Assembly (NCBI GenBank): GCA_027028725.1
Contig: JALVIB010000013.1
Location: 1 to 40,722, forward strand
Reading direction: 5' to 3'
Length of the DNA: 40,722 nt
Source of the DNA: Candidatus Altimarinota bacterium
GTDB taxonomy: Bacteria > Patescibacteriota > Gracilibacteria > UBA4473
Shown here one piece after another: positions 35,001 through 40,722 of this stretch; position 1 is the stretch's first letter, and each line of letters begins with the position of its first letter. The notes beneath the pieces are model-generated. The model saw nothing but the letters and a program-made list of their open reading frames with translations. It made no database searches and was not told the DNA's origin. The position numbers and the translations under genes are program-made.

Positions 35001-37418
35001 TAATTTTGTCGGATCAACTCCCGCTGCCAAACCATTATGAATTCGGTCCCAACCAGCATAGAAGTCATTTAATTCTTCTTCGGTCAATTCATCACGAACA
35101 TCTCTTGAGGCAATATCAAAGATTCGATCTCGATAACTGTGAATTGCTCCATCAACAAGCTGTGAAAGTTGTTGTGGATGCGGAAATTCTTGTCGCAAAT
35201 CAAATCCTTCTTCTGCCAAACGCGCAATAATATTTTCGTAACTAAGCGCTTTATCTAGTTCGTTATACCATGGCGAGAATTTATCTTCTCCGTCTGAAAG
35301 ATGTTCAATATCCGGTAAAACAGTGTCTTCAAAAATTGATTCCAAAATTCCCGCGAATTTTTGACGAAATTCATTAACTTTTTCCTTATTTGGAGTGTTT
35401 AGAATATTATCGCGAAATTCCGCAAAATCTGCATAATAAGGATTTCGCGGATTATTAACTTCGTCTCCCCAGAGAACTTCAAAATCCGCCGCATATAAAT
35501 TTCGATTAGCAATTCTTGAATTTATATTACTTAAAAATAAATCCTTTGATTCTCTCGCGACTTTTTTCGGGTCTTTTAGGAAATGTTGCCAAGTTTTATA
35601 TGTGTCTAAATTCTTTGTTTCATCGCGAACCTTTTCTTTTAATTTTTTATATTTTTCATTTAGCTTATTTCTTTCTTCCTCGTAAGAACTTACGATTGGC
35701 ACTTGTCCATAAAGCGTTTTGGCTTGATTTTCCCACCTATTAATTTCTTGACCATACTTTTTAAATCCTTCCTGTTGTTTCTTGTAATTCTCATTTTCTT
35801 TTAAGTCTGAGCTAAGCTTAATTGATAATTCTCTAAATTCTTCAATAAATTTTTCGCGGGATTTTAAATCACTTCCTATGCTTGCCTTATCCGTTGAAAA
35901 TCTTTTTATTTTCGCGGGAATTCCTTCTTTTATCTCTTTTTCTTTATTTTCAAATCTTTTTTCATTATTTTTCAGTAATTCTTCTCTTCTCTTCTCATCT
36001 TCTATTTTCTGAATTTCTAAATCACTTTTAATTTTTTCCAATTCAAGTTCTTCTAATTTCTTTTCCTTTATGCTTTCCCATGCCTTTTCCAAATCCTTAA
36101 CCCATTCATCAAAATCTTTATTCCAATGTCTTTCAATAATTTCATTTTTTTCTTCTAATAATTTTTTATAGTTCTGCTCAATTACTTCTACTTTATTAAA
36201 ATCAACAATTTTAGACGCTTCCCAAGCGTCTTTAATTTTTTTCTTCTCCGTCTCATTTCCTTCTAAATAAGACTGAAGACCATATCTTTCTACTGACAAT
36301 TTTTTATTTTCCAAATCTCGCAGTTTCTTTTCCAACTTATCTAGTTCCTCATTTTCCGCAGAAAAATTGAGCCATTCATCTAAATCTTTAATTTGAACGA
36401 GTTCAAAATCTTCTTGCAAAATTTCGTGCAAAGCTTGCAGATGTGTCGGCAAGAAAACCGGCGATTTTTGCGCAAATTGCAAAAACTTAATCGCTTCAGT
36501 TGATTTAAATGCTTTATTAATCTCTTCTTCTTTTACGATACTGAGAATTTTGCGTCGCAAAGTTTCTGCCGACTCTACTTCTGATGGACTTCCCAAAAAC
36601 TCGCGAAGTAATTCCCAAGTAAAAGCCATATTAGGATTGTAAAGTTTCTTTGGCGACTTCAAGAGAGTGGCCACCGCCTGAACAGCAATATTATCCCAAT
36701 CATAAAACCGACTTTTTTCCGCCCATTTTCTCTCGTTCGGAAACATTCGACGAATCTCCAAAACAAGCAATTTTTCTTCCAAAGTCATTACTTCATTCTT
36801 CTTTGATTCAATAATATCGTAGGCCTTATCCCCGCTAGTGACAGACTTGGTCATCAAAGTAAAAGCCTTATCCACAATTTTTTCGCGGGCTTTTTCAAAA
36901 ACATCTTTTCGTTTCCCGTCTTTCAAAACAGCATTTTTTTGTAACCTTCGATACAAAGCACAAACTTTGGAAAGCTCAAAAGTGCTCCAATTATTTTTAT
37001 TCACAATGCTCCCCAAAGCACGCACCTGCTTATCAACTTCCGCGATAATTTGGTTCTGCATACGCTTTGGTAGAAGCTTACGCAGTGGAGAATCCGCTAA
37101 ATGATTCAACAATCGCGGTGGCAAATCTTCCATATCTTTCCCCCGCGCTAAGCTCAGCTGATATCCCGCGATATTTCGAAAACGACGCTTTTGAAAAGCG
37201 TTCATATGCTCCGCATTTTCTTCCAAAAATCGCAATTCTTTCACACCAAACCCTAGCGGACTGCGCAGAGCTTTTTCTATTTGTTTATCAATATCTTCCT
37301 TATCTTCAGGAACAGAAGGTCCTTTTGGTCCACCGGCAAAGTATAAAAATTTACCAGCGCCGTGCCCCGCTAAGCGGTGGAAATCTTCATTTTCAAACCC
37401 GTTAAATAATTTTTTCAT
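32028..37418 (-). CDS. large (about 1,796 aa) E/K-rich coiled-coil protein, no signal peptide, unknown function
   Basis: Uninterrupted ORF 86 nt upstream of the giant gene on the same strand. Start set at MKKLFNG (ATG complement 37416-37418), because the tracked 23-aa extension is read through a motif copy (FFAGF). No catalytic motif recognised. Confidence 0.65.
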   Translation of the reverse strand: MKKLFNGFENEDFHRLAGHGAGKFLYFAGGPKGPSVPEDKEDIDKQIEKALRSPLGFGVKELRFLEENAEHMNAFQKRRFRNIAGYQLSLARGKDMEDLPPRLLNHLADSPLRKLLPKRMQNQIIAEVDKQVRALGSIVNKNNWSTFELSKVCALYRRLQKNAVLKDGKRKDVFEKAREKIVDKAFTLMTKSVTSGDKAYDIIESKKNEVMTLEEKLLVLEIRRMFPNERKWAEKSRFYDWDNIAVQAVATLLKSPKKLYNPNMAFTWELLREFLGSPSEVESAETLRRKILSIVKEEEINKAFKSTEAIKFLQFAQKSPVFLPTHLQALHEILQEDFELVQIKDLDEWLNFSAENEELDKLEKKLRDLENKKLSVERYGLQSYLEGNETEKKKIKDAWEASKIVDFNKVEVIEQNYKKLLEEKNEIIERHWNKDFDEWVKDLEKAWESIKEKKLEELELEKIKSDLEIQKIEDEKRREELLKNNEKRFENKEKEIKEGIPAKIKRFSTDKASIGSDLKSREKFIEEFRELSIKLSSDLKENENYKKQQEGFKKYGQEINRWENQAKTLYGQVPIVSSYEEERNKLNEKYKKLKEKVRDETKNLDTYKTWQHFLKDPKKVARESKDLFLSNINSRIANRNLYAADFEVLWGDEVNNPRNPYYADFAEFRDNILNTPNKEKVNEFRQKFAGILESIFEDTVLPDIEHLSDGEDKFSPWYNELDKALSYENIIARLAEEGFDLRQEFPHPQQLSQLVDGAIHSYRDRIFDIASRDVRDELTEEELNDFYAGWDRIHNGLAAGVDPTKLHEDHVAYEQNKLITSQEIEDAHQVNEAYVERLRRKAEEETNPAKKQHYLDEADKLEESFEYRKQAYQRGGRYWGKDKNGKPKLIWAPGREFLNEIALQTQSVNNEIAEITNGLRDDIAQIAEKFRGISKMKDDPIAASLRQAEAKNELDKLFEKWPEQKEKLRNKFLDLGTVINEVLPEGVNPAEFTDLLMEVPMKMLDSFQKTFDNLQKHAKKIDYKFTGKETFWEIFADNFIKLETALNFRDGKFAKESESLNKYLEDSNRALELLTELQFFDDDTPDKEEFTKNYNEVVKGFKKDFAEYQEAINDVESRIRRDLNKMDDQDFFNKYGLDKEYLEDILSQHRARLNEFKEKSDKFFKSGFLKDWINRYDASPQDRAEAIAEMADFNSLRDYSKSANDSAQKIKKWVTEYDDNAKNSGPQRNYQRFSLYDLYAIVKQAIEVHERRWQRDSERAVANIGMSFFGEKSAWGKDFKQKAEEAEENRVKEFETQYGEVPGWDLQDALYRTNDQDEAKALIRLMLDKGVLQWDDPGLWRTLMRLSGNAVTFRIPEDLNLSRLEILDKVRNACEFIWSKETFRDWDTNLKGKLDSAIDSFKADFARYEDSPVARSRILSTMLKKWARGDSTDVDPAKYECFIHESFEKGKMNGQPDQRWYFLVMGVATINPKTNRSLISRDAFMRINDKFLARFPHVDFLTDKESYKLNGRIVPEDTPGAEKRGWTYEDYKAWGDFLGNGGGSFDILNDSNIKEQTKKFFYHIVHASPPARDRVSRMDRFSDKEGDHDDAESFFADWKQVHLINNMSQSSGGENKLSNDLWRRYLSGFPTYMQMMRDYIKEGDEKWGELPGWQKERKRALIEVGDRLNAALTVTQTLQGNINLGQERGSIVFNAEDWRKEDTGYSASAQRSKEQINSFMKQVFQVAGGDDGFGEVLDFMGVLEYGIQYKERKKKLEESGVWEKAKKLLDSPETREKYFENTEVIEKVLMSWSPPK
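37354..37385 (+). repeat. composite element copy h (degenerate left flank; in frame at the N-terminus of the 1,796-aa gene)
   Basis: CCAGCG-CCGTGCCCCGCTAAGCGGTGG-AAATC. Read antisense as DFHRLAGHGAGKF. Confidence 0.8.
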
Positions 37419-37555
37419 TTGTAATCCGAAGATTATACCATAAAATCCCGCGAAAAAATAGACACATGAAGCTATTTTCGCTTGCAATAAGACGACATAT
37501 GTTAATTTTATAAAATTTCGCGGAATTTTTTATTTTTTTCGTGCATTTGTTGTTG

Positions 37556-37581
37556 TAGAGACGTTGCATGCAACGTCTCTA
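37556..37581 (+). repeat. REP-like hairpin
   Basis: GTAGAGACGTTGCATGCAACGTCTCT. A 24-nt perfect palindrome that overlaps the GTAG head. Confidence 0.75.
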
Positions 37582-37614
37582 ACGCGTATTTCTAAATTTT
37601 TTCGCGGGATTTTC

Positions 37615-37640
37615 GTAGGGGCGATCCCTTGTGGTCGCCC
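37615..37640 (+). repeat. REP-like hairpin
   Basis: GTAGGGGCGATC-CCTTGT-GGTCGCCC. Confidence 0.7.
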
Positions 37641-37653
37641 AAATTTCTTCCCC

Positions 37654-37687
37654 AACTATTAACTTTTAACTATTAACTATTAATTTT
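37654..37687 (+). repeat. AACTATTAAC tandem module
   Basis: AACTATTAACTTTTAACTATTAACTATTAATTTT. In the divergent spacer between the 1,796-aa and 677-aa genes. Confidence 0.8.
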
Positions 37688-37826
37688 CTTCTGACCTCTA
37701 AATTTCCCCTATTCTTCAGCAAATAAATCACTTGTAATGACATACACATTACGCAGCCAAAAATAAACTTTTCTTTTTTTTCTAAATCCATATCATGAGG
37801 AAGATATATAAATAACAAACCTAAAA

Positions 37827-39860
37827 ATGTCATTTGCAGTTCACACTTTCGAAACTCATCCCGAAGATTCGGGACTGGCTTTTGCTTATCACGAAAATAT
37901 TGGCGAAGGTCAAGATGTTTTTTTTCGCGGGAAATTTCCCGAAGGCACAACTGATGCGACAACTGTTGCTGAATCTATTTTCGGGGCAATTGTTGATAGT
38001 TTAAAAATTCTTAAAAAAGGTGATAGCTACGATCGTTTTGAAGATGCTTTGAAGTCAGCAAATTTAGAATTCAAGAAAAATCTCGCGAAAATTCCAGCTA
38101 TGCCAGACATTGTTGTGAGTTATTTTGATTTTAACAATTTGTATTTAAGTCAGTCTGGAAAAGCCGAGGCTTACTTAATTCGCAACGGAGCAATTTCACA
38201 AATTTCCGAAACACCGGACTCTGATAGCGAATTATTTTTAAATATTCTAAGCGGACAAGTAGCCGTTAACGATATAATTTTAATTAGCAATAATCGCCTA
38301 TTGCACTCTATTACGACAAGCCAATTAATCGATATTTTTTCGCGGGCAGATTTCAAAGAAGCCGTAGCAACTTTGCGACACGAATTACAAATGAAATCCG
38401 AAGAAGATTTAATTGTTACGGTTATCGGAGTCGGGAAAAAAGAAGATTTAGGCGCTGCTGGATTTCTTTCACGTATGGTTTCCAAAATGTCTGCACCAAA
38501 AGTTTTAGACAAGGTTTACACTGCTGACAAAGATGAAGAAATCTCAGCCGAAATTGAAGAAAATCCCGCTGCGCCCCGCAAGGCGGTGGCGAAATTAGCT
38601 GAAGAAGTGCCAAATGAACCTGAATGTGAACCCAAATTAATTTCTGATGAAGACATTGAAGCACCGAAAAAACTTGATGAGAAATTTGAAATGGAAATGC
38701 CGAAAGTGGATTTGAAAAATATCGGAAAATTAGGCGAAAAAATCCCTAATTTTTTCCGCAACCTTCCGCCAAAAAAGGTTTTGATGAAATACGCGGGAAT
38801 TGTCGCGGGACTTTTGATTTTATTCATCGCTGGAAAAGCAATTATCGGATACGAATCAGAAGACACCAAAGCCATGCGCGAAGAATTATCTATCGCTCGT
38901 GAAGCTATTCAACAAGCTGATATTTTCTTGACCCAAGGAGATCGTCAATCAGCTTCTGATTTATTAACAAAAGCTCAAAGTTCTCTACAAGTTGTTTTGA
39001 ATTCTAAATCACAATTTCGTTCTGATGCTCAATTTTTATTGGCTGATATTCAAGAAAAACAACTTCAAGTCGAAAACGCCCACAAAGTTCAGGCGCAGGT
39101 TTTATCTGATTTAGCGACCAAAAACGACAACATTGTTGCTAACGGCTTGCTAAAACTCCGCGAAAATTTATTCGCTTATGACTCTCACTTAGTTTACAAA
39201 ACAATCAGAAATATTGTCGAAAAAGGTGTAACAATTTCCGATAAAGAAAGTATCGTATCAGGTGCGGTTCGTGAGCCACAAAACACCTTGGTATTTTTGA
39301 CAGATATACCGCGAGTTATTGAATACAAAAATGGAGTAATTTCTCCGATGTCCACTTCTGACGAAACTTGGAAACACGGTTTAGATATTGAAACCTACGG
39401 ATCTCGTTTTATCTACATTCTTGATCCGGTCGAAAACCAAATTTGGAAATACGAGCGCCGAAAAAACAACTACTCTGGAGCAATTGCTTATAATCAAGGT
39501 GCTGACTTATCTCGCGCTATTAGTTTCGCAATTGACGGTGCGCTTTATGTACTTTCTGATGATGGAACTATCCAGAAATTATTTCGCGGGGAAAAACAAG
39601 AATTCGCTTTCCGCGAAATGCCAAGCACTCCGATTTCTGGTAAAAATTTAAAGATTTACACTTCCGCTGACCTTGATTACCTCTATATTCTTGATCCGGA
39701 TAACGAACGAATTTTGATCTTCACCAAAGGTGAAAAATTCGCGACTTATAAGAAACAAATTATTTACAGCGTTCCTGGTGCGGCAGATTTCGTAATTGAT
39801 AGCGCCGGACAAAAAGCCAACATTGTCACTAAAGACAAAATTTACGAATTCTCACTATAA
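37827..39860 (+). CDS. bitopic membrane protein: cytoplasmic PP2C-like (apparently inactive) domain, one TM helix, large extracytoplasmic beta-rich domain
   Basis: 677 aa. Residues 1-210 follow the PP2C block order (...SGKAEAYLIRNGAISQISE..., ...NDIILISNNRLLHSIT..., ...EDLIVTVIGV), but the metal-binding Asp positions are replaced. TM helix YAGIVAGLLILFIAGKAIIGY at about 38775-38850. One composite repeat in frame (PAAPRKAVA). Confidence 0.5.
   Translation: MSFAVHTFETHPEDSGLAFAYHENIGEGQDVFFRGKFPEGTTDATTVAESIFGAIVDSLKILKKGDSYDRFEDALKSANLEFKKNLAKIPAMPDIVVSYFDFNNLYLSQSGKAEAYLIRNGAISQISETPDSDSELFLNILSGQVAVNDIILISNNRLLHSITTSQLIDIFSRADFKEAVATLRHELQMKSEEDLIVTVIGVGKKEDLGAAGFLSRMVSKMSAPKVLDKVYTADKDEEISAEIEENPAAPRKAVAKLAEEVPNEPECEPKLISDEDIEAPKKLDEKFEMEMPKVDLKNIGKLGEKIPNFFRNLPPKKVLMKYAGIVAGLLILFIAGKAIIGYESEDTKAMREELSIAREAIQQADIFLTQGDRQSASDLLTKAQSSLQVVLNSKSQFRSDAQFLLADIQEKQLQVENAHKVQAQVLSDLATKNDNIVANGLLKLRENLFAYDSHLVYKTIRNIVEKGVTISDKESIVSGAVREPQNTLVFLTDIPRVIEYKNGVISPMSTSDETWKHGLDIETYGSRFIYILDPVENQIWKYERRKNNYSGAIAYNQGADLSRAISFAIDGALYVLSDDGTIQKLFRGEKQEFAFREMPSTPISGKNLKIYTSADLDYLYILDPDNERILIFTKGEKFATYKKQIIYSVPGAADFVIDSAGQKANIVTKDKIYEFSL
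38560..38596 (+). repeat. composite element copy i (in frame in the 677-aa gene)
   Basis: AAAATCCCGC-TGCGCCCCGCAAGGCGGTGGC-GAAATT. Read as NPAAPRKAVAKL. Confidence 0.85.
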
Positions 39861-39881
39861 AAAATTTTTTAATAAATCACA

Positions 39882-39893
39882 AAGTCCGGACTT
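39882..39893. repeat. AAGTCCGGACTT palindrome, 22 nt after the 677-aa gene stop
   Basis: Exact 12-mer. Confidence 0.85.
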
Positions 39894-39913
39894 TAAATGT
39901 TCTGAAAAGAATT

Positions 39914-39925
39914 AAGTCCGGACTT
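39914..39925. repeat. AAGTCCGGACTT palindrome, second of a pair
   Basis: Exact 12-mer, 20 nt after the first copy. Confidence 0.85.
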
Positions 39926-39939
39926 AAATTTATAAAAAT

Positions 39940-39947
39940 CCCGCGAA
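39940..39947 (+). repeat. short motif core, 4 nt upstream of the FNR-family start codon
   Basis: AAAAATCCCGCGAAAAAAATG. Confidence 0.9.
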
Positions 39948-39951
39948 AAAA

Positions 39952-40674
39952 ATGAAAGATTTCACCAGCAAAATTCTCGATATCAAAAAAATTGCGACAG
40001 ACACCAAGCGTTTTATTTTTTCTAAACCAACTAATTACGATTTTCAAGCGGGACAATTTTTGATTATAAAATTCGCGAAAGATTTGATACGCGCTTATTC
40101 CATCGCTTCTCCGCCGAGTGAAGAAAATTTGGAACTAGTTATTCGCATTATTCCCAATGGTCGCGGGACAAGTATTCTGGATAAAGCCAAAATTAGTGAT
40201 GAGTTTACTATTTCTCAATCGATGGGACATTTTGTTTTATCAGAAAATCAAGAAGCGGAATTATTTTTTCTGGCTACAGGAACAGGAATTGCCCCATTTA
40301 AATCTATGATTTGCACAGAAGCGCAGAAAAAAATCCCGCGAAAAATGCATTTGTTTTACGGCGGACGCCAAGTGGAAGATTTACCTTATTTAGACGAAAT
40401 TTCCTCTTGGACAGAAAATTTGGAAGTTAAGATTGGTCTTTCTCGTGATCCTGATGCTAAAAAAAGAGAATTTTCAAACTTAAAAGCTGAAATTGATAAC
40501 TGCCGAATTACCAAATTCATTGAAAACGAAAATTTCCACCGCTTAGCGGGGCACGGCGCGGGAAATTCCGAGTTTTACATCTGCGGAAATAAAGGCATGG
40601 TCGAAGGAACTCGCGATTTATTATTAGAAAAAGGAATAGAAAAATCACGGATATTTTTTGAGAAGTTTAATTAA
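39952..40674 (+). CDS. ferredoxin-NADP reductase-family FAD/NAD(P)-binding oxidoreductase
   Basis: 240 aa. FAD motif RAYSIAS, NAD(P) motif LATGTGIAPFKSM, C-terminal YICG block. A 12-aa repeat-encoded insertion (FHRLAGHGAGNS) sits just before YICG. Confidence 0.75.
   Translation: MKDFTSKILDIKKIATDTKRFIFSKPTNYDFQAGQFLIIKFAKDLIRAYSIASPPSEENLELVIRIIPNGRGTSILDKAKISDEFTISQSMGHFVLSENQEAELFFLATGTGIAPFKSMICTEAQKKIPRKMHLFYGGRQVEDLPYLDEISSWTENLEVKIGLSRDPDAKKREFSNLKAEIDNCRITKFIENENFHRLAGHGAGNSEFYICGNKGMVEGTRDLLLEKGIEKSRIFFEKFN
40529..40567 (-). repeat. composite element copy j (in frame in the FNR-family gene)
   Basis: Reverse complement is AATTTCCCGCG-CCGTGCCCCGCTAAGCGGTGG-AAATTTT. Read antisense as NFHRLAGHGAGNS. 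Confidence 0.9.
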
Positions 40675-40684
40675 TTAAAAAAAA

Positions 40685-40696
40685 CAAGTCCGGACT
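40685..40696. repeat. AAGTCCGGACTT palindrome, 11 nt after the FNR-family gene stop
   Basis: Exact 12-mer. Confidence 0.85.
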
Positions 40697-40722
40697 TGGC
40701 ACAGGATAAAAAGATCTTAAGT

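Noticed and set aside
37141-37185. CCCCGCGCTAAGCTCAGCTGATATCCCGCGATATTTCG as another composite copy inside the 1,796-aa gene.
   Set aside because: It lacks the CCCCGC...GCGGTGG cassette. It is probably two degenerate short motifs.
37666-37962. 98-aa minus-strand ORF in the divergent spacer.
   Set aside because: It starts inside the 5' end of the 677-aa gene and runs through the AACTATTAAC module and other repeat modules. No support as a gene.
23319-40567. FHRLAGHGAGN and SRAVPRKAVE as a shared protein domain functionally linking the giant protein, the 1,796-aa protein, the 677-aa protein and the reductase.
   Set aside because: The identity is at the nucleotide level. The same element is read in four different frames and also occurs intergenically at 4976, so this is repeat colonisation and not a protein motif.
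1-40722. Prophage, integron, conjugative element or defence island (apart from hicBA).
   Set aside because: I recognise no integrase, transposase, recombinase, nuclease/helicase defence gene or phage structural gene in any long ORF.

Overview
AT-rich bacterial chromosomal segment with 23 complete CDS and one edge fragment. I recognise no rRNA, tRNA, CRISPR array, transposase or integrase. Housekeeping genes can be called from textbook motifs: murE, argH, trmD, mraY, rplS, mutL, a phosphohexomutase, truB, trxA, galU and a hicB-hicA pair. About 17 kb (20407-37418, minus strand) is two tandem giant genes: a 3,844-aa membrane-anchored surface protein with Ig-like and FG-GAP/VCBS-like repeats, and a ~1,796-aa coiled-coil protein with no signal peptide. 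The gene style (small housekeeping set, broken dcw and trmD-rplS synteny, giant surface protein) resembles Patescibacteria/CPR, but that is inference only. The most unusual signal is at the nucleotide level. (1) An oriented GC-rich word, consensus AAAATCCCGCGAAATTT, occurs about 100 times in 40.7 kb. It lies in nearly every spacer and inside nearly every gene, in all frames, and it abuts the stop codon of 13 genes. (2) A composite form of the same word carries a 21-nt hairpin cassette inserted at its CGCG core. It occurs 10 times, 9 of them in frame inside 5 different genes. (3) REP-like 'GTAG + palindrome' hairpins cluster in mosaic spacers together with AACTATTAAC tandem modules and AAGTCCGGACTT palindromes. 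(4) Three MITE-like elements have GTCATTGCGAG or GTCATTTCGAC termini. The mutL linker alone holds six in-frame repeat copies of four of these types plus one further hairpin. All counts were made by eye and need computational confirmation.
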